Origin: Nitrospirota bacterium
GTDB taxonomy: Bacteria > Nitrospirota > UBA9217
DNA length: 64,000 nt
NCBI GenBank assembly: GCA_963818475.1
Contig: CAWFSF010000006.1
Coordinates: 1,088,001 to 1,152,000 of the forward strand
Direction of reading: 5' to 3'
Shown here: positions 10,122 to 20,302 of the stretch, in pieces
Numbering within the stretch: the stretch's first letter is position 1
Layout of the letters: each line of letters begins with the position of its first letter
The notes under the pieces: model-generated
Seen by the model: only the letters and a program-made list of their open reading frames with translations
The model's database searches: none
What the model was told of the DNA's origin: nothing
Program-made: the position numbers and the translations under genes

Positions 10122-10991
10122 TCAAAAGAATCTCCTTATAAGAAAACGCATCCTCATGAGCTGTCGTTCCGACCACTGGCCGAGAATTCTGCGGGCCGTT
10201 ATATATTTTCTGAAAAAGTATCTTTGAATCTCCGGCCCGTCAGGAGGTTTCCTGAACACAGCCGATATCGAAGCACACGTAAAATTCTTCTCACCGCTAT
10301 ATTTTGAATTGAGTCGGGCCAGGGTATCCCTTTCGGCGGCATCATGCGCGAAGCTCATTTTCTCTATAATTAACAGGCACGTACGGAATGCCTTTATGTA
10401 TTCCTCAAAATGACACCTGTTTATGCTCTCCCCGAAATAAATCCATTGTATGATGGGCTCAATTAGCTCTTCTGTGCACGGACCCGAAGTAAGGAACTCC
10501 CGCATTTCATCATGCGTCATTAAAAGGTGGCCGTAATCTGGTATCGGGTTTTTCCCGGGTTTCCAGAAGCGGGCTTCTTTTGGGCCGGCCACAGCGTATA
10601 CATGGTGACCTTTCGCGCTCGACCAAATCGGGGAGAATTCCGTATAGAAAACCCCTTTAGGCTTAAGCACACGGGCGACCTCGGACAGAAATATATCAAG
10701 CCCGTTGACGTGCTCCATTGTCGCAACCGAAAGCACAGCGTCAAAGGAGTTGTCTGAAAAAGGAAGCGTTCGTCCGTCAGCCCTCAGAAATTTCGCGTTG
10801 TTGAGCGCAGGGCCTATCGGCGCCGGAAACTCCACTGAAGGGTTGATCCCCACAACACGCGCCTTCGTCCTTTGAGCAATGGCCGTCGCAACCTCGCAGC
10901 CGATGTCGCTTCCTATCTCAAGGATATCCCTTGCGTCCGGGCGAAGCATCTTCAAGAATGTGTCAACTACTTGTTTCTGGTAGGGGAGCAT
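10122..10991 (-). CDS. Class I SAM-dependent methyltransferase
   Basis: ILEIGS, LPFSDNSFDAV, MEHV and RVLKPKG motifs. Confidence 0.85.
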   Translation of the reverse strand: MLPYQKQVVDTFLKMLRPDARDILEIGSDIGCEVATAIAQRTKARVVGINPSVEFPAPIGPALNNAKFLRADGRTLPFSDNSFDAVLSVATMEHVNGLDIFLSEVARVLKPKGVFYTEFSPIWSSAKGHHVYAVAGPKEARFWKPGKNPIPDYGHLLMTHDEMREFLTSGPCTEELIEPIIQWIYFGESINRCHFEEYIKAFRTCLLIIEKMSFAHDAAERDTLARLNSKYSGEKNFTCASISAVFRKPPDGPEIQRYFFRKYITARRILGQWSERQLMRMRFLIRRFF

Positions 10992-10993
10992 CG

Positions 10994-12019
10994 TTAAAAC
11001 CCCTGATTAATCGCACGTTCGGTCTCAAGGCTGTCCATGCAGATGCCGCAGACCGGGTTGCTGAAGCTGTGGTTATCAAACTCCTTTTTGAGATCAGCCA
11101 TCGAACTGCCGTTCATAATGCTCTTGAAGCTGTCGGTAAGAAAGTTTCCTATCTTTGCATAGAGATGTATTCTCGGACAGACGGAAACATCTCCGTTGCT
11201 GGATATATACAACTGGCTCCATGGAGCGCGGCATTGCTTGGGCTTAACCGTATCCTCATACTTCGGGATTGAGAAGCTCATCCCGTAACCAGCGGCCCTT
11301 TTTTCCGCGCCATCCAGTATGTTGTTCACACGTTCATGGTCCCTGACCTTTTCGTCATCCATATCAAGACCCTCGTTCAATATCAGGTGGCGGCCTACTA
11401 TTCTTTCGATCCCTATACTGTGGGCCAGATCAACAAAATCGACAAGCTCATCTATGTTTGAATTCACTACGGTAAGGTTGGAGCATATTCTGGGTAGCCG
11501 GCTTTTTTTCGCACGCTTCAGGCGGTCAAGCTTCTTTATGTTCGCAAGCACCCGCTCAAATTTGCCACGCCTGCGAAGCCGCTCATAGGTCTCTTTCTTT
11601 GCCTCCCCGATGCTTACAACAAAGTCATTAACACGGGAAGTGATCAGAGCTTCAACGATATCGTCCGTAAGAATGTTGCCATTCGTATATATAGTGGTCG
11701 ATGGGATACTATATCTCCCTATCGTCCTGATGATCTCTGGCGCATTCTTCGCTATAGAGTACTCCCACGCGCACGAAAGCTGAATTGCGCTGATGTGCTT
11801 ATGTGACTTGTCAAGGATCCGCTCCAGATCTTCGGTTCTCATCTGCACGATTTTATCGTTGTTCCGGGTGCAGAACGTGCATCTGAGATTGCAACCATTC
11901 GTGATGTCGATGAAGAAGGAATAGTTTTTTTTATTTAAAATGCTGTCTATCGATACTGCAAGACTGGTCGCCCTGTTCGCGATCTTTTCAGCGATTATCT
12001 GTTTGATATGTTTTATCAT
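10994..12019 (-). CDS. Radical SAM protein with SPASM/Twitch domain
   Basis: CNLRCTFC (CxxxCxxC); C-terminal CRAPW..GDVSVC..CGIC. Confidence 0.9.
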   Translation of the reverse strand: MIKHIKQIIAEKIANRATSLAVSIDSILNKKNYSFFIDITNGCNLRCTFCTRNNDKIVQMRTEDLERILDKSHKHISAIQLSCAWEYSIAKNAPEIIRTIGRYSIPSTTIYTNGNILTDDIVEALITSRVNDFVVSIGEAKKETYERLRRRGKFERVLANIKKLDRLKRAKKSRLPRICSNLTVVNSNIDELVDFVDLAHSIGIERIVGRHLILNEGLDMDDEKVRDHERVNNILDGAEKRAAGYGMSFSIPKYEDTVKPKQCRAPWSQLYISSNGDVSVCPRIHLYAKIGNFLTDSFKSIMNGSSMADLKKEFDNHSFSNPVCGICMDSLETERAINQGF

Positions 12020-12046
12020 GTCCCATAAACCATGGCATATAAGTCT

Positions 12047-12811
12047 TTATGTCTTTGACCGGTAAATACAATGTAATTCATTAAGCCTATCGTTTTTCTG
12101 CTCTTCCACGTAGCCAGCCTTAACAAGGATTTCATTTATTTCTTCTGTAGAAGAATTAAAGTCGTCAAGGAACGAGGGGTGTATCTCCAGAAATATGGTT
12201 CTTGGTTTCTTTTTTGAGTTAAGTAATCCTTCCATCCCTTTTAATGCAAGAATCTCGGCGCCCTCGATATCCATCTTTACCACATCTGGAAAAGGAATTT
12301 CCGCCCTCATGAGAGCATTGTCAAGCGTGTCTGACTTTATGATGACAGAGCCACGACCCCCTTTTTGTCTCAGGCTCGCTGAAATGCCATCAACACCGTC
12401 TGTATAGAGTACAATATCACCTTGGGAGTCCGATACCGCCCAACTAATTATTTTTATTTTATTTTCGAGACTATTCAGCTGGATATTTGTCTCAAACCTC
12501 TTCCGGTAATAGGGGTCGGGCTCGAAAGAAATTACTCGAACCCCCTTTTTGGCAGCATGCAGGCTGACAAAACCTACGCAGGTACCAATGTCGTACAGCA
12601 CATCTGACGGCTGAATTTCTTTAATAATGAGCCGGGTAAATTCTTCCTCGCCGCCGAATTCTTCTATCCTGAACGATTCAACCGTAGTCGAGATCTCAAA
12701 TTTTACACCCTCAGGCATGAGGTTCCGAAAATTCACTACTCTTGGCAGCCTAGCATTTTTGTTAAAGAGACTGTTCGCAATTCTATTTATAAAATTCACT
12801 CTGTTATGCAT
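12047..12811 (-). CDS. FkbM family methyltransferase (XapI-like position)
   Basis: YDIGTCVG, SFEPDP and VKMDIEGAE motifs. Confidence 0.9.
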   Translation of the reverse strand: MHNRVNFINRIANSLFNKNARLPRVVNFRNLMPEGVKFEISTTVESFRIEEFGGEEEFTRLIIKEIQPSDVLYDIGTCVGFVSLHAAKKGVRVISFEPDPYYRKRFETNIQLNSLENKIKIISWAVSDSQGDIVLYTDGVDGISASLRQKGGRGSVIIKSDTLDNALMRAEIPFPDVVKMDIEGAEILALKGMEGLLNSKKKPRTIFLEIHPSFLDDFNSSTEEINEILVKAGYVEEQKNDRLNELHCIYRSKT

Positions 12812-12840
12812 TCTTAACTCCTAATTTTATTTCTCCGATA

Positions 12841-14139
12841 TCAGACGACCGTTTCAATTTCTGAGGCGTTCTCCGTCTCCCAATGAAGAGGTAAGGCAAT
12901 GAGCCCGATGCGCCTTTCAGCATAACTCAAATATGTTGATGGCCTTGATATAAGTTCTACATTGAAACAAAATATATCATCAAGAATCTGGCAATTCTGC
13001 TGGTTTATAATGCCTGCTCTGAGCGTTATGGTGTAAAAGCCTGATTTAAGAAGAGGGGTTGGAAAATTAATTCTATTATTATATATTCCACGCTCCCGCA
13101 CCTCCAATCTATCGGGGTTGCTATCTGTATCAAACGAAATAAATAGAGTTGTACCATTCCGTTTAAGTTCCAAACTTAACAGCAAATTATCCATCTCCGT
13201 ATTAACAACATACGCAAACTCGAAGGTTATTTTATCAAATACATCAAAATGGCTGCGCGCTTTGCCGTCCTGCCCGATAATCCTGCCCCTTATAATCTGG
13301 ATAGGCATACGGGGGTCGGCAGGGACTTGGAAAGAAGTCCGCTCTTCTCCAGAAGAAAAGGTATTGAGATAGTTGTCAATGACCTCCCCAGTGTCACCAT
13401 TGACGGCTACCATCCCCTTATCTAGTAATATAGCTTTCCTGCACAGCGCTCTGATCATATCCATCTGATGGCTCACAAACAATACCGTGCGCCCTTGTTT
13501 CCCCACTTGCTCCATTTTCCCCAAACATTTTTTCTGAAATTGCGCGTCACCAACGGCCAATACTTCATCTATGATCAAAACCTCCGGCTCAAGGTGAGCT
13601 GCCACGGCGAAGGCCAAACGCACATACATTCCTGACGAATAACGTTTTACCGGTGTATCCAGGAACTTCTCTATTTCCGCAAAATCCACAATCTCATCAA
13701 ATTTTTTTTTAATCTCCGCACGGCTCATCCCAAGAATAGCGCCGTTAAGAAATATATTTTCCCGCCCGGTCAATTCAGGATGAAAGCCGGTACCAACCTC
13801 CAGCAGACTTGCAACCCTCCCCTTTATTCTTACGCTGCCGGTCGTCGGCTCGGTGATGCGGCTGAGGATTTTCAGGAGCGTTGACTTACCTGCACCATTG
13901 CGGCCGATGATGCCGATCCGGTCTCCCTGCTTCACCTCAAAAGAGACATCTTTAAGCGCCCAGAACTCTTCCTGCTTCGAGTCAGCTCCTGACAATGGCC
14001 GTTTCCCAAGCAATCTTCCGCCGAGGCTTTTCATGCCTTCACTGAGAACATCACGAAGAGCCACATACGTATGCCGGCCCTTTTGATGTTGTAAAGTATA
14101 TTTTTTACCAAGATTTTCTACAGTAATAACGGAAGACAT
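12841..14139 (-). CDS. wzt: Polysaccharide ABC transporter ATPase with C-terminal carbohydrate-binding domain
   Basis: GRNGAGKST, GFHPELTGREN, YSSGMYVRLAF; C-terminal extension of about 170 aa. Confidence 0.93.
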   Translation of the reverse strand: MSSVITVENLGKKYTLQHQKGRHTYVALRDVLSEGMKSLGGRLLGKRPLSGADSKQEEFWALKDVSFEVKQGDRIGIIGRNGAGKSTLLKILSRITEPTTGSVRIKGRVASLLEVGTGFHPELTGRENIFLNGAILGMSRAEIKKKFDEIVDFAEIEKFLDTPVKRYSSGMYVRLAFAVAAHLEPEVLIIDEVLAVGDAQFQKKCLGKMEQVGKQGRTVLFVSHQMDMIRALCRKAILLDKGMVAVNGDTGEVIDNYLNTFSSGEERTSFQVPADPRMPIQIIRGRIIGQDGKARSHFDVFDKITFEFAYVVNTEMDNLLLSLELKRNGTTLFISFDTDSNPDRLEVRERGIYNNRINFPTPLLKSGFYTITLRAGIINQQNCQILDDIFCFNVELISRPSTYLSYAERRIGLIALPLHWETENASEIETVV

Positions 14140-14143
14140 ACAG

Positions 14144-14971
14144 TCACACCACATCCGCAAAAGAACGTTCCATGCTTCTAAAATAGAACACACCGCCAAT
14201 GAAGATCAGCATCATCAACGACATTGAAATCAATATACCCGGCCAATATACTGGAAAAGCATCACCCAGGATCGCCCACCGAAATCCGTCTATTACCCCT
14301 GCCATGGGGTTTAAAAAGTAAAACGGCCGCCACTGTACAGGAACGATGGCACTGGTAAATCCCACCGGGGAGATATAGAGGCCAAACTGGACCATGAACG
14401 GGACGACATAGCGAAAATCACGGTATTTGACGTTAAGTGCCGAAAGCCATAATCCAGCGCCAAATGCCGTCAACAGCGTCATTAAGAGAAAGCAGGGAAG
14501 CAAGAGCATTCTGATTCCCGGAATGAAATGATACCAGGCCATCATGCCGAATAACATGACGAATGATATAAAAAAATCTACCAAGTTGACGATAACAGAG
14601 CCGGCGGGCACGATCATTCTTGGGAAATAGACCTTGGTCAGCAGGTTCGCATTATTAATGAGAGAATTACTGCTTTCACTGAGAGAATTGGTAAACAATT
14701 GCCACGGCAACAAGGCTGCGAATACCATAACGGGGTAAGGAACGCCGTTCGAAGGCAGATTCGCCAGTCTTCCGAACACAATTGTCAAGACCAGCATGGT
14801 CAGGAGTGGTCGCAAAATGCTCCAGGCAATGCCGATTACCGTCTGTTTATAGCGAACCAGGATATCTCGCCATGCCAGGAAAAAGAACAGTTCACGATAG
14901 CGCCAGATATCCCTCCAGTAATGAAGAGCGCTCATGCCCGGCCGGATTATGATCTCAGGCAGTTCATCCAT
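14144..14971 (-). CDS. wzm: Polysaccharide ABC transporter permease
   Basis: RDILVRYKQT, KVYFPR and LNPMAGVIDGFR motifs. Confidence 0.93.
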   Translation of the reverse strand: MDELPEIIIRPGMSALHYWRDIWRYRELFFFLAWRDILVRYKQTVIGIAWSILRPLLTMLVLTIVFGRLANLPSNGVPYPVMVFAALLPWQLFTNSLSESSNSLINNANLLTKVYFPRMIVPAGSVIVNLVDFFISFVMLFGMMAWYHFIPGIRMLLLPCFLLMTLLTAFGAGLWLSALNVKYRDFRYVVPFMVQFGLYISPVGFTSAIVPVQWRPFYFLNPMAGVIDGFRWAILGDAFPVYWPGILISMSLMMLIFIGGVFYFRSMERSFADVV

Positions 14972-15876
14972 TAACTATACCTGAACCCTTCTTTCTTGAA
15001 CGGCGAAAGGACAACTCCGGCGAGGAATCCTATTCCGAACCTGCCCATCTCACGAAACTTTCTTATCGGGATAAGATAGAGCGGAGCATGACGAGCGCAG
15101 TTAATGATCAGCATTATCCATAGCGCGAGTGGATACCTACTCCTCAAGCGGTAAAATGAGTTACCTACGGCTTTTGGTTTATGAAAAGTTGGCATTATCA
15201 ACGGGGGGTGAAAGTATGTCAATAGTGGGGAAGGCAGAGACGACTTCCCTGCCAGCAAAAATCGAATAAAGAACTCAACATCTTCCTGCCCGATGATGGA
15301 CGAAATGAATCCTCCGAGATCACTGAGAGTCTGTCGTCGATATGCCATGCATCTGTTCGCCGGGAAATAAGAATCGAGATAACTGTATTTCCCTTTCAGG
15401 AGACAATAGCTGGCGTTCCCCAATGGAATAATCCCATCAACGTAATTGGATTTAAACTCTCTTTCCAACGTTGAAAGGAAGTTGGCCTGTAAAATGACCG
15501 TATCGTCATCAAGAAACAGAACATACTTACCCGTTGCTTTTAAAAGGCCTACGTTCCTCGAATACCCCATCATCCCGTAGTTTTCTGATAGAGCGTGATA
15601 TTTGACATTTAAGACACGGCTATACCGTTCAGCGACCTCTCTTCCTCGCTCCGTTCCTCCCCTGTCTTCTACCAGGATCACTTCAAAGCCGCTCTGAGGC
15701 ATATCCTGCCCAGCTAAGCTGCTCAAAATACCTTCAAGCAAATCGATCCTTCCGTAAAAATTGATAATGCAGGACACATCACAGCCATCATCTGCACTGA
15801 ACTCGCCGGCGTCGCCTTTCAGCGAAAAGGGGAATAACGCGTAGGCCCAAATAAGGATTTTTTTTCGAAAAGTCAT
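14971..15876 (-). CDS. Glycosyltransferase family 2 (XapF-like)
   Basis: FLDDD and GQEDVEF motifs; lies between the UbiA-family gene and wzm, as in Geobacter xap. Confidence 0.82.
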   Translation of the reverse strand: MTFRKKILIWAYALFPFSLKGDAGEFSADDGCDVSCIINFYGRIDLLEGILSSLAGQDMPQSGFEVILVEDRGGTERGREVAERYSRVLNVKYHALSENYGMMGYSRNVGLLKATGKYVLFLDDDTVILQANFLSTLEREFKSNYVDGIIPLGNASYCLLKGKYSYLDSYFPANRCMAYRRQTLSDLGGFISSIIGQEDVEFFIRFLLAGKSSLPSPLLTYFHPPLIMPTFHKPKAVGNSFYRLRSRYPLALWIMLIINCARHAPLYLIPIRKFREMGRFGIGFLAGVVLSPFKKEGFRYS

Positions 15877-15932
15877 ATGCCAGTATGCAGTAATTTAACT
15901 GCTCAAGATGTGTACTTCTCCACTTCATTCTT

Positions 15933-16790
15933 CTATTTATAGAGGATCATCCCGGTCATCGCAACCCAGGTGATTCCGGTTACCAGAATATGCTTATCAT
16001 GCAAGAGAACGTCTGTTGGATCGCCTCTGCCCCCTTTCACGATAAAAATATATCTAAGCAGACCATAAGCAGCAACAGGAACAGTATAAAGCATTGGATC
16101 ACGATTTTCAATAATATAGAGAGCATACGTGACAAGAGCGCAAGATGCCATCGACCAGAGCACTCCTTCGAGAAAAGTCAAAGAATAGCGATTCAAGCTG
16201 AGTCTCTGTTTTGCCGCATCTACCTCCAGTGATATGAGCTCGCTCAGCCTTTTACCGGCAGCAAGGAACAGGGCGACGATAAAGACCGTAAGAAAGAGCC
16301 ATTTCGTGACACTGACATGGGAGGCCTCACCACCTGCCAAAACTCTTATCAAAAAACCAAAAGACACAATAAAAATGTCGGCAATGACAATATGCTTGAA
16401 ATAAATCGTATAGCCGAACGTAAGCAGGGTATAAATGATGACTGATCCTTCGAAGCGTTCGGAAACCGAGGCCGATAACAGCATGGACATTAGATAAAGA
16501 AGAGCTGCAAGCAAGCCCGCTACAGGCAGGGAAACGTCACCCCGTGCAATGGCCCGGTCCTTTTTATCCGGATGTTGCCTGTCTGCCTCCCGGTCCGCAA
16601 TGTCATTAATGATGTAGCAGCAACTCGCCGCGCAGGAAAAAGACAGGAACGCCGGTATCAGCGCCGAGACCGAGGCCGGTTCCAGGATCTTCCCACCAAA
16701 AAAAGAGGGGAAGAGTAAAAGCAAATTCTTCAACCATTGATGAGGTCTGAGAATCGACAGATATTTATTTATTATTTTTAATACGTTCAT
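15933..16790 (-). CDS. UbiA family polyprenyl-phosphate phosphoribosyltransferase (XapE-like)
   Basis: LRPHQWLKN, YIINDIADREADRQHPDKKDR and KRLSE motifs of the DPPR-synthase subfamily. Confidence 0.88.
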   Translation of the reverse strand: MNVLKIINKYLSILRPHQWLKNLLLLFPSFFGGKILEPASVSALIPAFLSFSCAASCCYIINDIADREADRQHPDKKDRAIARGDVSLPVAGLLAALLYLMSMLLSASVSERFEGSVIIYTLLTFGYTIYFKHIVIADIFIVSFGFLIRVLAGGEASHVSVTKWLFLTVFIVALFLAAGKRLSELISLEVDAAKQRLSLNRYSLTFLEGVLWSMASCALVTYALYIIENRDPMLYTVPVAAYGLLRYIFIVKGGRGDPTDVLLHDKHILVTGITWVAMTGMILYK

Positions 16791-18540
16791 GTTTTTCGTT
16801 GGCAGCGAACCGGGTAATTTGTTTTCTGACGCGCAGCTTATTGGGGTCCTCCGGTCGCATGCTGTCAAATGTTTTGCGGTAAAAAGAAAGTGCTTTCTGG
16901 CTTTGGCCCAAAGACGCAGCGTCGTTGCCGATTTTAAACAGCAGGTACGGATCGTGAGTAAGGTCGTATAACTTTATGTTATACGATAGTGCATTTTCCC
17001 CGAATTTGTGTCTCTCATGAGCGTCCGAACTTTCATCCTTTTTGAATTCATACAAGGATGCCAACTTCCGTAAAGCTTCGATTGAATGCCTTTTTTTTTC
17101 AAGCACAGATGTATAGAGAGCAATAGATTCATCGATCCTGCCTTGTTTGGCTGCAATAAAGGCCCTCTTCGTATCATACGTTTCATCATAAACGCCAATA
17201 AGGGGAAAGGAGCTTCCCTCCTTTAACTGCACCAAAGCCTCGTCATATTCACCTCTTCCGATAAGCATTGACGCATACACAGAGCGCATAGCTCTTGAAT
17301 GCGGTGATTTATCGACAGTATCCTTGACTAAAAGAAAATCGTTTTGCCACACAATGCTTCTACTAAGAGTCGTTGCGAACATTACCCCGACTATGACTGA
17401 AAAAGCGACTGTCATCCCCATGATGCTGAGACCCATCAACCTCCTGCCCATATACATGCCAGCGGCTGTGATAATAAAAGCTGACGATATATATATATAT
17501 CGTTCAGCGTAAGGCGTCCATGCTATTTGGCCGAATGCTAAAAGATATGCAGGCACGGTAAGAAATATGCCGGTAATGAAAAAAGCTGATATGGTCGTTC
17601 GACGGAGTGCGATATACCCGCACAATGCTACCAGAGGAACGGCAAGTATCTGGTACAGAGGGTCAACCTCCATAATGGCTAAATTGAGAGGTACGGGCAT
17701 GACAAGTTTTTTCATATAAAAACCAAGGGCACGCAGGCAGACGAACATGCTGTGAATCCAGTCAACAGTAATGAATCTAATTGTCATGCCGATTCTGCTT
17801 GAGTTACTGGTAAAAGCCGCTGACCGGAAAATAAAAAACATAAATACTACCGCCATAACACCGACCATGACCAAATTGTTTTTCGAACGAAGATTCCAAC
17901 GGGACGATTTCATTTCTTGACAACCCGTTCTGTCCTCTTGGTCATGAGAGCTGATCAGAAAAAAAGCGCCTGGTAAAAACGCAAGAGCTGTTTCTTTGGA
18001 AAGAACCGCGCAAAAAAAAGCACCTAACGATACAGCGAGGTGCTTTTTGCTGTTATGTTCCTTATATCGTAAGAGGAAAAGCGCGCTCAGCAAGACAAAC
18101 GCTCCGGCCAGCAGATCGAATCTTCCTGAAATCCAATTTACTGATTCGGAGTTGACCGGATGCAAACCGAACAATAACGCGGTCATAAGAGGAAAGGGTG
18201 ACTTGCTGCGATCCGACGAGGATACAAGATGCAGCGTCAGCATATACACAAGAACGGCATTGGTTATGTGGATTAGAATATTTTCCAGATGCATCAGGCC
18301 GGGCTGAAGGCCGAGCAGATATTTATCAATACGAAAACTGATGTCTACTAGGGGACGGTAATAGCCGCCACCGCCATGAGACGGGAAAAAAACTGACCAC
18401 AAGTTCCAGCCACTCGACTGTTCGAGTCTCGTGAACAACGAATAATCGTCGATCTTGGAAACGCCGGCCAGGACGGCGGGATAATATACGGCCAGCACGA
18501 CGGTAATCAGGAGCAGTATTTGATACCGTCTGGTCAGCAT
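16765..18540 (-). CDS. Polytopic membrane GT-C/TMTC-like glycosyltransferase with C-terminal TPRs (XapA-like)
   Basis: N-terminal DD, YYRPL, LFGLHPVNSESVNWISGR, AERYIY, many TM helices and a helical C-terminus. Confidence 0.72.
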   Translation of the reverse strand: MLTRRYQILLLITVVLAVYYPAVLAGVSKIDDYSLFTRLEQSSGWNLWSVFFPSHGGGGYYRPLVDISFRIDKYLLGLQPGLMHLENILIHITNAVLVYMLTLHLVSSSDRSKSPFPLMTALLFGLHPVNSESVNWISGRFDLLAGAFVLLSALFLLRYKEHNSKKHLAVSLGAFFCAVLSKETALAFLPGAFFLISSHDQEDRTGCQEMKSSRWNLRSKNNLVMVGVMAVVFMFFIFRSAAFTSNSSRIGMTIRFITVDWIHSMFVCLRALGFYMKKLVMPVPLNLAIMEVDPLYQILAVPLVALCGYIALRRTTISAFFITGIFLTVPAYLLAFGQIAWTPYAERYIYISSAFIITAAGMYMGRRLMGLSIMGMTVAFSVIVGVMFATTLSRSIVWQNDFLLVKDTVDKSPHSRAMRSVYASMLIGRGEYDEALVQLKEGSSFPLIGVYDETYDTKRAFIAAKQGRIDESIALYTSVLEKKRHSIEALRKLASLYEFKKDESSDAHERHKFGENALSYNIKLYDLTHDPYLLFKIGNDAASLGQSQKALSFYRKTFDSMRPEDPNKLRVRKQITRFAANEKHERIKNNK

Positions 18541-19409
18541 TCATTTCCTTTAACAATATCCAGAAAAAACGACTCCAGGTCTTTTCGTTTCGGTTCGATG
18601 AAAACGATCTCACTTCGTGAATCAAGGATTTCTTTCATGAACTTCGGCAGATCGTCCTTCGGCACGTAACGATCAAACTGAAGCCCCGGCTCATTTCCTT
18701 GAAAACGCACTTGATACCCCATCAGTCCCTCGGCCATAATGGAGTCAATCCGTTTCACGTCGCGCAGGGAGCCTTGCAGGACGATCCCCACCCGGTCGCA
18801 GACCGCTTCCACGTCCGACGTGATATGGGTGCTGAAGAAAACGCATTTGCCTTTTGCCCGGAGATCGAGGATGATCTTCTTGATGAGCGCCCGGCCCAGA
18901 GGGTCAAGCCCGCTCATCGGCTCATCCAGAACGTACACGTCCGGGTCATGGATCAAAGCTTGAGCAAGACCGAGCCTTTGCACCATTCCCTTGCTGTACC
19001 CGCGGAGAGCGCGATCCCGGGCGTCCCACAGCTCCAGGAGCTTCAGCAATTCTTCAATTTTTTCACCCACCTGCCCTTTATTCATGCCGAATGTTCTGGC
19101 GACGAACAATAAATACTCACTGGCCGTCAAGTAGTCATAGTAGGCGGGGTTTTCCGGCAGGTAACCCACCTGTTTTCTTCCAAGATGCGATCCCGCATCA
19201 TGCCCCATGATCCTCGCCTGTCCCGCTGACGGCCTGATCAACCCCATCAAGATCTTGATGGTTGTTGTCTTCCCGGCACCGTTTGGACCCAGAAAGCCGA
19301 ACACTTCCCCTCGATCCACGGTAAGCGAGAGGCCCTTTAACGCATTGACTTTATTTCCCCTCTTCCCGGGGAACGTCTTCTCTATTTCCACAATTTCGAT
19401 CGCGTTCAC
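18534..19409 (-). CDS. ABC transporter ATP-binding protein (XapD-like)
   Basis: GPNGAGKTT, YSKGMVQR and LDEPMSGLD motifs. Confidence 0.92.
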   Translation of the reverse strand: MNAIEIVEIEKTFPGKRGNKVNALKGLSLTVDRGEVFGFLGPNGAGKTTTIKILMGLIRPSAGQARIMGHDAGSHLGRKQVGYLPENPAYYDYLTASEYLLFVARTFGMNKGQVGEKIEELLKLLELWDARDRALRGYSKGMVQRLGLAQALIHDPDVYVLDEPMSGLDPLGRALIKKIILDLRAKGKCVFFSTHITSDVEAVCDRVGIVLQGSLRDVKRIDSIMAEGLMGYQVRFQGNEPGLQFDRYVPKDDLPKFMKEILDSRSEIVFIEPKRKDLESFFLDIVKGNEC

Positions 19410-19444
19410 AGGTTTATCACCTCACCTACAACAGGAAAAAAAAT

Positions 19445-20302
19445 TCATTTACCATTTTTATTCGCAACGTTGAAAGCGAATTTACTCGTGCTGCGCACTT
19501 TGCCCGTTGAATCAATATAAAACTTACCGCCGTAAGGGTCAACAGGAAATTCCTTGAGATATCCTTTCTGAACAAGTTCTTCCAATGACCGCGGATGCCG
19601 ATGATACTTGCCGGAAAAACGATCTGCTGCCCGCTCTATCGTTCTGACGCCCTGAAAGGCCAGCAAGCGGGTTTGCAAAGATTTTTTGACTGCTTCGTTC
19701 GAGGAGCTCTTCGCCATCAGGGAAAGATACGATATAGCCAGGTCTGTCCTTCCGGATTCATACATGTATCTGCCGGTCAGATTGATGATAAGATTGTCTC
19801 CCGTCAGATCGGCCACCCGCTTATAACACTCAGCCGCTTTCGCGTAATCCTTCAGAAAATAGGCATAGTTAAAGCCGGCAAAATACGGCAGGTAGAAATC
19901 CCATGTCCGGTACCGCATCCCGTACTCCAAAAGCCTATTGGTCGCCCTGACCTGCCTGGCATCCCATACCATGACCGCCTGGGCAAAATAATAGGCATCC
20001 ATATTGTAGGGGTCCAGTTGAACTGCTGATTCAATCATTTGCTGCATGGCGGGATATTCAGGTGGAAGAGAGACCTTGTTCGGTGCCTCCTCCACGAGGC
20101 TCCCGAAATAGGAGATCACCTTCATGAGCAGGGACGAGGCCATGAAACGGGAATGGTCGGCAGATAAAAGCCTGAGTACTCCGGGCTCGGGAGTATACCC
20201 GATCTTCTCCACGAACGGTTTGTTTTTCATGTAGTCAGTAAAGGAGGAAATAATGGCGAGATAGGACAATAGAAGGACCAGCAAAAGGGCGTATTTTCTC
20301 AT
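19445..20302 (-). CDS. Pilin-locus TPR-like membrane-anchored protein (XapC-like)
   Basis: N-terminal TM helix, TPR-like helices, C-terminal PxDPYGG GspG-like motif. Confidence 0.65.
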   Translation of the reverse strand: MRKYALLLVLLLSYLAIISSFTDYMKNKPFVEKIGYTPEPGVLRLLSADHSRFMASSLLMKVISYFGSLVEEAPNKVSLPPEYPAMQQMIESAVQLDPYNMDAYYFAQAVMVWDARQVRATNRLLEYGMRYRTWDFYLPYFAGFNYAYFLKDYAKAAECYKRVADLTGDNLIINLTGRYMYESGRTDLAISYLSLMAKSSSNEAVKKSLQTRLLAFQGVRTIERAADRFSGKYHRHPRSLEELVQKGYLKEFPVDPYGGKFYIDSTGKVRSTSKFAFNVANKNGK

